Virus record (IMG/VR): IMGVR_UViG_3300045988_179014
Coordinates: 1-64,000 of that record
Reading direction: 5' to 3' (one strand)
Source of the DNA: a virus
Length of the DNA stretch: 64,000 nucleotides
The position numbers and the translations under genes are program-made. Positions 40,801-49,955 of this stretch are shown piece after piece. How positions within the stretch are numbered: position 1 is the stretch's first letter; every line of letters starts with the position of its first letter. A model generated the notes under the pieces. The model was not told where the DNA came from. It saw only the letters and a program-made list of their open reading frames with translations, and did no database searches.

Positions 40801-42201
40801 TCAGTTGATGTTTTCGCTGAGACGGTATCTTTTACCAATGACGGCACGAGCCAATCGTCTGACGGCATCACGAAGGTCTGGATGTTTCAGCACTGTTTCC
40901 ATGGATTGAAGATTAGCAGCATGGGCCAACAGTTTTGCATTATTGGGGATAACGGTCACTACGGGGAGACCTAGTGCGGAACGAGCAATCCGGTCTCCAC
41001 TCATGTTGATGTTGTCCATCGCTTTGTTGACGACAATACCGATTTTCTTCTTGGAGATGCCCATGCCTTGTTCAGCTTTGGATTTGGTTACTTCTTGAAT
41101 CCATCGGGTCATGGAGAAAACAGAATGAACCACGATATCACTGACGAAAATGATTTGGTCAGCTAGTGGGTAAGCAACTTTCTCCAGTAATGGGTCTAGA
41201 TAATTGACTGAGGTGTCCAAAATTACGTAATCATAGTGCCGTTTTAGGAATTGGATTAGTTCAAGATAGAATTCAGCTGGGGTGTCCATGGAAAGGCGTG
41301 GACGTTTCGGAGCCAACAATAGGTCAAGTTTTAGGCGGTCACTGTGAATAACTGTTTCCTGTAGTGTGTCTAAAGCAATACCACTGGAGCGCATGTGTAG
41401 TACGGTTGGTTTTAAATGACCCGTCAGGAATCCAATTTGACCATCACGCACGTCGAGGTCAAGAATAACAATCTTCAGGGGTCGTTCTTCCAATCCTTCA
41501 GCTACAGCGTTACTGGAAGCATGTGCCAAATATGTTCCCAGAGTAAGTGCAACCGTGCTTTTACCTGACCCGCCTTTACTGGAGGTAACTGCAACCACTT
41601 GCCCTAGATAGTTTTCATCAAGTTCATCTTCCCAATCGTATTTTGGAGGTTGCTGTGCATGAACGGGCTCCATGGAAGTTGGAGTAGTTGTTTGAACATC
41701 ATTGACTAGTTCAGGGTCTTGTCCACTTAGGATTGCCACTACTTCAGTGTTGTCGCTGTTGTAAAGGTAATTGTCAATTGCTCTGTCTAAGCTGGAGTTT
41801 GGTTTTTGGGGGTCAATAAAGTACAGTTCTCGGATGTCTCCTTGACCTATTGTTGCTGATTCAATTGAAACACGCTGACGAATTTGGTCTTGATATGCTG
41901 GATGGTAGGAGATTATGGCGAAGAAACAGTATGGTGTCATTGCGGCCACTAACTGTTCCAGTGCAAAGTCTTTACCTTCTGGGTCAAAGAAACTGTCCAG
42001 TGTGATGATTATTTGAACATCATCATCAATGGTTTGTGCTGATAGTCCATCCCATAATTCTTGAATGGTGTCAACTATGGCTACAAAGTTCCAGTTTGGT
42101 CGCTTGTTTACAAAGAATTGTCCTATTTGAGCAGGGCCGACAAAAATTGCTTTAGGTGTTGGCATTGGATTACCTTTTCTTTCTGGCAACGAGGAGACCA
42201 T
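40801..42201 (-). CDS. TadZ/CpaE-like pilus assembly ATPase (ParA/MinD fold with N-terminal receiver-like domain)
   Basis: Deviant Walker A VVAVTSSKGGSGKSTVALTLGTYLA in the C-terminal half and a roughly 190-aa N-terminal domain. Sits in the Tad-like cluster. Confidence 0.6.
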   Translation of the reverse strand: MVSSLPERKGNPMPTPKAIFVGPAQIGQFFVNKRPNWNFVAIVDTIQELWDGLSAQTIDDDVQIIITLDSFFDPEGKDFALEQLVAAMTPYCFFAIISYHPAYQDQIRQRVSIESATIGQGDIRELYFIDPQKPNSSLDRAIDNYLYNSDNTEVVAILSGQDPELVNDVQTTTPTSMEPVHAQQPPKYDWEDELDENYLGQVVAVTSSKGGSGKSTVALTLGTYLAHASSNAVAEGLEERPLKIVILDLDVRDGQIGFLTGHLKPTVLHMRSSGIALDTLQETVIHSDRLKLDLLLAPKRPRLSMDTPAEFYLELIQFLKRHYDYVILDTSVNYLDPLLEKVAYPLADQIIFVSDIVVHSVFSMTRWIQEVTKSKAEQGMGISKKKIGIVVNKAMDNINMSGDRIARSALGLPVVTVIPNNAKLLAHAANLQSMETVLKHPDLRDAVRRLARAVIGKRYRLSENIN

Positions 42202-42214
42202 GATTTAACATTGG

Positions 42215-43156
42215 TCAGCCTTCCTCGTCGTTGGTGGTAGACGAAGAATTGGTGGGGGTTGGAGTTGAAGAGGATTCTGTTGATGGGTTGCAGTCCTCTC
42301 CGTTGACCTTGGCGTTTCCATGTCCACAGTTTTCCACTTGTTCGACAGGGCGTCCAAAATTGTCACGTTTAACATTGGAGAAGGTTTGGTCAGTTACTTC
42401 ACCATTATCGCTCTTACCTGGCCAGATAGGTCCTTGGTTTTGTTCATAAGAAAACATTCCATTGTAAGAGGCAAGTTGTGGTTTGTCGTATTCGTTTTGG
42501 CGCGGGGAAAGAACCAAGCGCACGTTACCATTACCGTATTTCTGCATAATGTTTTGTAGTCGTGCAGCATCACCAGGAGTCATCCCCACAACATATTGAG
42601 TGGTTTGTCCTTTGTGTGCTTCTTCAGAATCGGCAGCTGAAGCAGATGATGCATTGTTTAGGTCAACAGTGGTGTCCAAAGCCAAAACGTTCACAAATGG
42701 GTAAAAAGACCCGTTTTCGGTGGTTACCATCATGTCAAAGTATGTTCCACGTTTGATACGACCACCAACAGCATTGTCAGCTGATACGGAAAAGTTTGTC
42801 ACTACCCATGAATCAGGAATACCAGTGGCGATGTCTTCCATCCCTCCCACGTTTGATTTGGTTAGGATGTCACCAGCCAACAAGGGATATTGAGTATACA
42901 AATTACCTGTTTGAATTTCTGCAAGTCCAATAGCAGCTTTAGGTGCAGTACCTTCTGAAGCTACCACAGGTTCCAACATGTCAGGAGTAACTTGAGTGCG
43001 TGTTGGAACATCTTCTTTGAGAACGTAGTAAGTTTCTGTTTGGAACAGTTTACTTGCCAGAATAGTTACGCCAACAAAGATAGCCAAGGCAACTAGCACA
43101 ATGGCACTGAGAAGTAGGACGTTTTTGTTTGTGCCCTTGGCTTTGATGTTCGCCAT
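42215..43156 (-). CDS. CpaB/RcpC-like Flp pilus assembly protein
   Basis: N-terminal TM helix (LLLSAIVLVALAIFVGVTILA), then a SAF-like segment YYVLKEDVPTRTQVTPDMLEPVVAS. Ser/Thr-rich C-terminal tail. Confidence 0.55.
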   Translation of the reverse strand: MANIKAKGTNKNVLLLSAIVLVALAIFVGVTILASKLFQTETYYVLKEDVPTRTQVTPDMLEPVVASEGTAPKAAIGLAEIQTGNLYTQYPLLAGDILTKSNVGGMEDIATGIPDSWVVTNFSVSADNAVGGRIKRGTYFDMMVTTENGSFYPFVNVLALDTTVDLNNASSASAADSEEAHKGQTTQYVVGMTPGDAARLQNIMQKYGNGNVRLVLSPRQNEYDKPQLASYNGMFSYEQNQGPIWPGKSDNGEVTDQTFSNVKRDNFGRPVEQVENCGHGNAKVNGEDCNPSTESSSTPTPTNSSSTTNDEEG

Positions 43157-43247
43157 GTTTAGTCATTTCCTTCCTACAAAACTATTTCTGTAGTAGTTGG
43201 TTATTTCGGTTAGCAATATCGGAAACAGTAGATTAATTCATGTATGT

Positions 43248-44432
43248 TCAATTGTTCGATACAGAATCCTGTTGTTTGGCCTCTGCCATTTTTCTGCGAC
43301 GTTCTGCACGCATTTTTTCCAAAGGATTTGTTTCAAAAGCTGTGGTCCATTTTTCTTTCCAATCAGACACATGTATTGTGGAATAGCGTCCCATCCAGTC
43401 ACGCATTAAACATTCCCCTGGATTCAAATTGGTTAATGCCGCTTCAAATCCTTCACCAGGGGGCAACTGCATACCTTCAACAATTTGTGTAGCTTCTTTA
43501 GGGTCAGTGTTGAATGCAAAACGTGTGGTAATGGTGTTTTTAATGTTCAAATCGCCCAAATCTCTATCGTTTTGTGTTATCAATACAAGTGCGAGCGCTC
43601 TTGAACGACCTAAACGAGCTGCTGCCTCAATACAGTCAGCTCCAGCCGAACTTGCAAGAACAGCCCATGCCTCGTCAATAATGAGGGTTTTCGGATTTTG
43701 TGATTCGTCATGATGCATAATACGACGGATAAAATCTGTAATCAGGAAAAAGACTGTGGCACTTAACCGAGAAATGTTCCCAATATTTGATTTCAGCTCT
43801 AATCCAACCATGGTCACCACAGTAAGTCCTGAATCAAGTTTTAAAGTGGCTCGACGTCTGTTGCCAGGAGCAAAACATAAACTGGCAAAAGGCAGTCGCC
43901 GGATAAGGTCCAAACTGGCTCCAAGGTTTCTGGCTTCATCTTTATCTGACATGAGCAATGCTTCCGTTACTGCCAACAAGGAAGGTACATCGCTTTCAAT
44001 TACATCTTTTACAATGGGGGATAATACCGTGAATTGTTCATCTTTGATTCCACCTACGAGCATGTCAATAACGTTGATGACCAAGTTTAATTGTTCACCT
44101 TTGTCGCTCGCCATGTAGAAGGGGTCTAATATGCCTTTTTTCTTTGGGTCACTCAGATTCCAGAAGTTGATATCTCCGATTTCATCTTTCAATGACATCA
44201 AAGAGATAAAATCACCTTTGGGGTCCAACACGATGGTGGTTTTCCCTAAAATTGAACAAATAGTCGTGAGAGTCAAGGCCAGGAAAGTTTTACCGGAACC
44301 GGGCTTGCCTGTAATGATTGTACCTGGTGGTTGATTGTTAAAAATGGCAGTGTGTGTGTCAAAGAAAACTGGTTGGGCGACGCCTTGAGTGGTTTCCCCG
44401 ATAAACATGCTGGTGGAGTAGTTGATGTCCAT
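43248..44432 (-). CDS. VirB4/VirD4(TraG)-family conjugation-type AAA ATPase (short, cytoplasmic)
   Basis: Walker A GKPGSGKT and DPKGD (the DPKGE motif of coupling proteins), Walker B LIIDEAW, and GRSRALALVLITQ resembling the VirD4/VirB4 arginine finger/Q region. 394 aa with no TM segment. Confidence 0.55.
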   Translation of the reverse strand: MDINYSTSMFIGETTQGVAQPVFFDTHTAIFNNQPPGTIITGKPGSGKTFLALTLTTICSILGKTTIVLDPKGDFISLMSLKDEIGDINFWNLSDPKKKGILDPFYMASDKGEQLNLVINVIDMLVGGIKDEQFTVLSPIVKDVIESDVPSLLAVTEALLMSDKDEARNLGASLDLIRRLPFASLCFAPGNRRRATLKLDSGLTVVTMVGLELKSNIGNISRLSATVFFLITDFIRRIMHHDESQNPKTLIIDEAWAVLASSAGADCIEAAARLGRSRALALVLITQNDRDLGDLNIKNTITTRFAFNTDPKEATQIVEGMQLPPGEGFEAALTNLNPGECLMRDWMGRYSTIHVSDWKEKWTTAFETNPLEKMRAERRRKMAEAKQQDSVSNN

Positions 44433-44494
44433 ACTGCCGTATCTCTCTTAATTGGTGATTATTGTCTGAATTGGTTTGAAGTTGATGGATGATT

Positions 44495-44998
44495 CTACTT
44501 TTTACGCTTTTTATTGCGGAAAGTTACATTACCGGAGGCTAAATCTTCCCGTTCTTTCATGTCAGCCAGCATTTGCAGTTCCCGACGTCGAGAAATCCAA
44601 ATTTCACTTTCCGTGAAGTACACAGTTCGGTCCAGTAAATTGTTGGCATTGAGGTCGGTCCATCCTTTGGGTTCTTTGATGTAATTGACTGTTGTTTTCA
44701 AATAATCAATCAGGCCTCGTCCACCCCATACTGGTTTTGCAGCCAGATTTCCTAAAATGATGGGTGGAGCAAATGCCAAAACAGCAAACAAGAAGTTGAA
44801 TTGAAGTCCCAAAAACACTATTACTGGCACTGTCCACAAAATAAGGAATGCGGTTGTGTAAGCAACTTTTTTCAGTGAAACAGGCTTCCGGAATTTGATG
44901 TCGCCCAGACTGTACATGTATAGTTCACGATTGAAAAAGTTTGTCATGTTGACTACATGAACATATTGAGGTTCCGTCATTCTCCTTGGCCCTTCCAA
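44495..44998 (-). CDS. Membrane protein, TcpE-like (conjugative-transfer small membrane protein) candidate
   Basis: N-terminal YMYSLGDIKFRKPVSLKKVAYT followed by two TM helices (FLILWTVPVIVFLGL, FLFAVLAFAPPIILGNLA). This resembles the TcpE/ConD family layout; the call comes from pattern memory only. Confidence 0.35.
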   Translation of the reverse strand: MEGPRRMTEPQYVHVVNMTNFFNRELYMYSLGDIKFRKPVSLKKVAYTTAFLILWTVPVIVFLGLQFNFLFAVLAFAPPIILGNLAAKPVWGGRGLIDYLKTTVNYIKEPKGWTDLNANNLLDRTVYFTESEIWISRRRELQMLADMKEREDLASGNVTFRNKKRKK

Positions 44999-45172
44999 TC
45001 TTTTTAAACATTAAATCATCCAATACCAATATCCACACATCAGACGTAATCAAAAGGCTTACTTATTCCAATAAGTAATTGTTTTGAGTTTTTACACCTG
45101 TCTCATTGGAACAGTTTTGGAACAATATTCGGATTACAAAATATACTGAGAACCATATGTGAGATTATGCCC

Positions 45173-45790
45173 TCAGAAGTAATTGTGGGTTTGGATTTCT
45201 GGCGTGGTTACATATTGTGTAGGGTCTACTGATTCAATGTCCAAAACAATGGTGTATGTGTCTTTAATTCCTGACAATCCCCCGTAATGGAATGCGGTTT
45301 CTACTAAATGACTGAAATCATCATCATCCCACCAACTGGCATCGCTGAGTCCATCAACAAGAGCTTTCACAGTAGGATAAAAGTTTGGTGGGTCTATTCG
45401 CCGTTTAGTAGGGGCCAGTATGGTAACTGTAATACGAAAATGATGAAACATGACGGGTACTTCAACTGGTTCCGTATTGTTACTACGAGAATTGAATTCA
45501 CGTATAACTTTTTGGATGGCTTCATCGATTTCTTCCGTACTGGCTTTCATCTTGTTCAGACGTTTGGTGATACGTGCTTTGCGTACAGAAAGTTCAGCAG
45601 CATCCAAAATTTGATTGTATCGTTCTTCTGCTAATTGTGGGTGGTCGTGATTTTCCAGCCCTTTTTTTGCACCTTGTTCGCGAATATAATTAGCCATTTT
45701 GGATTTGACCACGAATTGGTTTGGCATGCGATTCGAGTTGAGTGTTTCTTTCCCTGAAAAGTTGAAACGTAATTGTTTATGTGTTGTCAT
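45173..45790 (-). CDS. Hypothetical protein (205 aa)
   Basis: Intact ORF inside the pilus/transfer operon. Confidence 0.5.
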   Translation of the reverse strand: MTTHKQLRFNFSGKETLNSNRMPNQFVVKSKMANYIREQGAKKGLENHDHPQLAEERYNQILDAAELSVRKARITKRLNKMKASTEEIDEAIQKVIREFNSRSNNTEPVEVPVMFHHFRITVTILAPTKRRIDPPNFYPTVKALVDGLSDASWWDDDDFSHLVETAFHYGGLSGIKDTYTIVLDIESVDPTQYVTTPEIQTHNYF

Positions 45791-45814
45791 GTGTGGTAGT
45801 TTTCGTTTGTTAGG

Positions 45815-46765
45815 TTACAGGTTTTTGATGGCGTCGACTTGTCTTTTCACCAAGAACAATCCGCCAGCATAGAGTAGTCCGGTTGCTGCTAATGCCGCCC
45901 AGGACAAAGGCTCTTGGAACCAGAAGTCTTTAGCAGCACCATCAAAGAAGAAGCTGAACAGGAATGCACCAGGAATTGCTATAGTGGCTATAATCATGGC
46001 TGGCATAGCGGATTGTACAGCGCGATTGATTTCATCTTGAACTTTTCGACGTTGTTCCAGCACTTTTTGAATGTTAACCAGCTGACTTTCCATATTTGCT
46101 CCGCTTGTTGTTGCTTGAATGAGACAAGCAGTCAAAAATTGAAGGTCACGTGAAGCAGTTTTACGGGACAATTCCTCCAACGCTTCACGGAAAGACGAAC
46201 TGGCCAAGAGTTTGTGTTTTACAACAACCAAATCTTCGTACAAAGGTGAGGGCATGTTGTCAATAATTTTCAGCATTGCACGTTCGTAGGTGTCAGATGC
46301 TTGAATATTGGCTTTAAGTGCTGAGATGAAACCTGGTAGTTGATAGTTAATAGCGTTTGATTTACGGTTTGCCATTCCTCGGGTCAACATGATAATGCCA
46401 CCAGTTAAAGCGAATGCCAAAACTATACCGGCAATAGCGTTTTGAGTTACTAATCCTATGATGAGCGCTATTGTCACTATTCCAATCAGCACATCACGAC
46501 CAGCATTATTGTTTTCTTCCCCATAGCGAGACAATCCAGCACCACGAAACAGTTTCCCCCAATAGCTATTCCATCGTTGGGTGAGAGTTAGCTTGGGTTC
46601 TGGTTTTTCGCCATGCTCATCTTCAAGTAGTTCCTGAAGCTGTTCATCATAGTTTTTACGGCCAGCACTGGAACGAATATAGAAGAAAATGAGCACACCC
46701 AAGAGAACCAGCAAAACAGTAAATATGGCAGCTACTAGAATTGGAAACAGTTGTATGTTCATCAT
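45815..46765 (-). CDS. TadB/TadC-type (T2SSF/GspF family) inner-membrane platform protein
   Basis: Cytoplasmic T2SSF-like domain (...LSRKTASRDLQFLTACLIQATTSGANMESQLVNIQKVLEQRRK...) flanked by TM helices. 4-nt ATGA overlap with the cpaF stop. Confidence 0.6.
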   Translation of the reverse strand: MMNIQLFPILVAAIFTVLLVLLGVLIFFYIRSSAGRKNYDEQLQELLEDEHGEKPEPKLTLTQRWNSYWGKLFRGAGLSRYGEENNNAGRDVLIGIVTIALIIGLVTQNAIAGIVLAFALTGGIIMLTRGMANRKSNAINYQLPGFISALKANIQASDTYERAMLKIIDNMPSPLYEDLVVVKHKLLASSSFREALEELSRKTASRDLQFLTACLIQATTSGANMESQLVNIQKVLEQRRKVQDEINRAVQSAMPAMIIATIAIPGAFLFSFFFDGAAKDFWFQEPLSWAALAATGLLYAGGLFLVKRQVDAIKNL

Positions 46766-48480
46766 GCGTTTGGTAGCTCCTGTTCCACGATGCTGCTTAA
46801 TTCTTGAAGTTCTGCCCAGTCAAGGTCTTCTTCGATATCCAGCAGTTTATTGGCTCTTCTTTCAGGGCTAATATCACCGACTTTGACCCAATGCCCCGTC
46901 ACTTTGTTGTTTGCGTCCAAACCGTCATCAACGAATTTCCAGATTGGGTTCACAGGAAGCGTGAGTCGCCCGTTGATTTCCATTGGTTCGCGGCCAACTT
47001 CATCAACAGATATGATTCGTCTTGAACCATCCAGAGGAAAGTGTTTCAAGGAGACGATAAAATCAAAAGCGGAAGCAATGAGTTCCAAGGCCCCCTCTGT
47101 GGTCACCAATCCGCCTTGTGCAATAAGTGATGACAAACGTGGAATAGCCTCTTGTGAGCTGTTGGCGTGAATAGTGGAAGCACCAGCATGTCCAGTGTTC
47201 AGAGCTTGGCACAAATCATACGCGGCATCATCAGTAACCTCACCCACAATGATGACATCAGGACGCATTTGTAGTGATGCTTTGACCAAATCACGCATCG
47301 TCACACCATGGTCATTTCCCCGGTCCATTGCAGGCATACGACATTCCATTGCAGCAGCCAACAGTTTTTTAGGATTTGGTTTCATTTCAATATTGTCTTC
47401 TAGCGTCAAAATACGCACAGCAGGTTTGTAAAACCCTGTAATAGCATTCAACATGGAGGTTTTTCCACTGTGTGTACCTCCAGACACCAGAAAGCTGGCT
47501 CCTTTGTGAACCATGTTTCCAATGAATGACATCACTTCTTCTGAGGATGAGCCGCGACGTACTAGAGCACTGGGTGTCCAGAAAGTACTTGGGTGTCTAC
47601 GAATGGAAAAATTGGGTCCATCTGGAGCAATAGTTGGATGCACTGCAAACATTCTGCTTTTATCGTGTAAACGTCCTTTTACAAGAGGAGTTGTTTGACT
47701 GACGGTTTTACCAATGGCGCTATAGAGTCGGTCAATCAAATCCAACAAATGTTTACTGTTTTTGAATTTGCATCCTGGAACTTTTCGAACTTCCCCGCGA
47801 ATTTCCACTTGCACATCCCGAGGGCCATTGCACATGATTTCATCAATAGAAGAATCACGCCACAAGGGCTCTAAACGTCCAAATCCAACAACCTCATTAC
47901 ATATAAAACTGAGGATTGTCGCACGTTGTATCTCTCCCCATCCTTTACGGGAACGAGACATGTATTCAGACGCCAAACTCTGCACTTTGAAGAATGCTTT
48001 ATCTTGATATGCGTCATCAGTTGGATTGTCTTGTGCATCCCTGATTACATCTGATGCGCCAGAACCAGCCAATTCGTCACGAACATACTGGACCCCGTTT
48101 TGAATTTCATCCTCAAACACATCGAAGTACCCGTCTGGTGCTTTCATGAGAACCGCTGCGGTAATGTAACGAGATGCTTTGATACCGCCTGTTGGATAAC
48201 GTTTCTTCAATTCATTCATGTTATTCTGAATTGCCAACAGTGTGGGGTCATTGGCATCATTCAAATAATTGGATACATGACTGATTCTTCCTGCTTTTTG
48301 AGCTTGCTGAAAAGCAGTTTCCTCATCATCCTGGTCATCAATCAACGGGTTCCGATTTGCATTCATGTGTGGTAATGTATTGGGAATACGTGATGAGGCA
48401 TTGGTGATACTGGTGGGTAATCTACTGCTGCGCATATCGGATTCTTGCGTATCGGGTTTTTTGAGAGGGTTTAAAGACAT
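46762..48480 (-). CDS. CpaF/TadA-type pilus assembly ATPase
   Basis: Walker A VSGGTHSGKTSMLNA, ILTLEDNIEM, Walker B PDVIIVGEV, His box GHAGASTIHANS. Start reassigned to ATG 48480 (MSLNPLKK..., GGAAG RBS), 4 nt after the upstream gene's stop; the ORF track extends to 48537. Confidence 0.8.
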   Translation of the reverse strand: MSLNPLKKPDTQESDMRSSRLPTSITNASSRIPNTLPHMNANRNPLIDDQDDEETAFQQAQKAGRISHVSNYLNDANDPTLLAIQNNMNELKKRYPTGGIKASRYITAAVLMKAPDGYFDVFEDEIQNGVQYVRDELAGSGASDVIRDAQDNPTDDAYQDKAFFKVQSLASEYMSRSRKGWGEIQRATILSFICNEVVGFGRLEPLWRDSSIDEIMCNGPRDVQVEIRGEVRKVPGCKFKNSKHLLDLIDRLYSAIGKTVSQTTPLVKGRLHDKSRMFAVHPTIAPDGPNFSIRRHPSTFWTPSALVRRGSSSEEVMSFIGNMVHKGASFLVSGGTHSGKTSMLNAITGFYKPAVRILTLEDNIEMKPNPKKLLAAAMECRMPAMDRGNDHGVTMRDLVKASLQMRPDVIIVGEVTDDAAYDLCQALNTGHAGASTIHANSSQEAIPRLSSLIAQGGLVTTEGALELIASAFDFIVSLKHFPLDGSRRIISVDEVGREPMEINGRLTLPVNPIWKFVDDGLDANNKVTGHWVKVGDISPERRANKLLDIEEDLDWAELQELSSIVEQELPNA

Positions 48481-48484
48481 TGTT

Positions 48485-49390
48485 TCAACTTCCAAGTGTT
48501 CCGAGCATTGAGAAAAGCGATGGTGCAAGCACAACAATAAGAAGTGCAGGCATGAGAGTAGGTGTTAACGCAATAAAGATTTTGGATTCCAATTGGCCGG
48601 TTTTTTGGTGAATCAAGGCAAAAAACTCTTGTCGACTGGCATCCACTTGATTTGCTAATGTTTCCACCATTGGAGAGTTTACCGCTACGGCGCTTTGGAT
48701 TGCTCGAATGAATGAAATGATGCTCTCATTTGGTGCACGAGTAGCAAAATTGTCTAATACTTCATCCAATGTTTTACCCGTGTCCATTCCTTTAACCATG
48801 GTGCGGAATTCCTCTTTCAATACACTTTCCTCCATGGTGGGAATAATTTCACGCAATGATTGAGCAAAAGTACGTCCACCAGAAAGAGAAATAATGAGCA
48901 AATCCAATGCTTCTGGTAGTTCACGTTTGAATTCCAAGTCACGGCGTTTGGCTTCATCACGGTAGCGAATTCGGGGAAAGAAAAAACCAAATAATGTTAC
49001 CAGTGGAACCACAATCCACCATGCTAGACCAGTGAAAGGAGTGGTGGCGACCCAGAGGAACCATCCAGCAACGAAACCTATTATTCCACTCAAGTATTGC
49101 ATGAAAATGAATTCATCTGGTCTCAACCCCCATGGATTACCAGACTTTATCAACAATGTTTCAATTTGTGGATGCACACGATTACGACGATTTGCAACCA
49201 TGCCAGCGGGAAGTGCTTTGTAAAAATCATTCCCCAAAACATTCATTAACCGCAGCATTGGTTTTTTAGCGGCTTGTTCCTCATTGTTGGGGTTGAATGT
49301 ACGATTACCTTTAGGCACAAACAATGTATACAGTATCAACACAGACAGGAGTGATACCAACCCGCTTATTACCAGAATTGAGGTGTCCAT
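48485..49390 (-). CDS. TadB/TadC-type (T2SSF family) membrane protein
   Basis: T2SSF-like segment LDLLIISLSGGRTFAQSLREIIPTMEE...MVETLANQVDASRQEF with N- and C-terminal TM helices. Confidence 0.6.
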   Translation of the reverse strand: MDTSILVISGLVSLLSVLILYTLFVPKGNRTFNPNNEEQAAKKPMLRLMNVLGNDFYKALPAGMVANRRNRVHPQIETLLIKSGNPWGLRPDEFIFMQYLSGIIGFVAGWFLWVATTPFTGLAWWIVVPLVTLFGFFFPRIRYRDEAKRRDLEFKRELPEALDLLIISLSGGRTFAQSLREIIPTMEESVLKEEFRTMVKGMDTGKTLDEVLDNFATRAPNESIISFIRAIQSAVAVNSPMVETLANQVDASRQEFFALIHQKTGQLESKIFIALTPTLMPALLIVVLAPSLFSMLGTLGS

Positions 49391-49445
49391 AAATGTCCTT
49401 TACGGTCAAAGAGCTTTATGAGCGAAATATCGAATGGTTAGGGCA

Positions 49446-49480
49446 AATATAAAAAGGGAGAGGTTATTATCCCTCTCCCT
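49446..49480 (-). terminator. Rho-independent terminator immediately after the pilin-like gene
   Basis: agggagagg (49455-49463) pairs with cctctccct (49472-49480) around an 8-nt loop. The minus strand continues TTTTTATATTT. 18 nt downstream of the stop of 49498..49797. Confidence 0.6.
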
Positions 49481-49497
49481 AGTGCTTAAGCGACAAA

Positions 49498-49797
49498 TCA
49501 GCCGAAACGTCCCTTGTAGGCGCCATCTTTCTTGAATGAATTGTCTTTGGAATGGTCAGTGTTCTTACAAATTTCAGCGGAATTAGATGATTTGTATGTA
49601 TTGGACCCTTCAATGCAGGTAGCAGTGTCAGCGGCCTTGTTTAGGATTGCGGTTGAGAACCAGTTGACCAATGTTAACGCAGCAATGGCGAATCCAGCGG
49701 TCAAAATGAGAGTCTGCACTAGGTCGCCACGGTCACGGTCGATTTCTGTAACCGCATCAGCGGCGAAAGACTCCTTAATGTTGTTGATAAAGGTCAT
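49498..49797 (-). CDS. Flp/Fap-type pilin-like protein (candidate major pilin)
   Basis: Charged leader ...EIDRDRG followed by a hydrophobic helix DLVQTLILTAGFAIAALTLVNWF. This mimics the class-III prepilin (G | hydrophobic) architecture. It is the first gene of the operon and is followed by a terminator. Longer than typical Flp, and the EY motif is absent. Confidence 0.4.
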   Translation of the reverse strand: MTFINNIKESFAADAVTEIDRDRGDLVQTLILTAGFAIAALTLVNWFSTAILNKAADTATCIEGSNTYKSSNSAEICKNTDHSKDNSFKKDGAYKGRFG

Positions 49798-49955
49798 GGT
49801 CGTTCTGTCCTCGTGTGTAGAATAGGATTTTATGATGTTTTGTGTTCATGACAAGGCATCATGGCACAAATATCAATACGATGATTTCAATTCTGTCACA
49901 GAAAGTAATGGTCACTACCCTACAAAGAGATAGTGACCATTAAAAGCCGTTTTAT

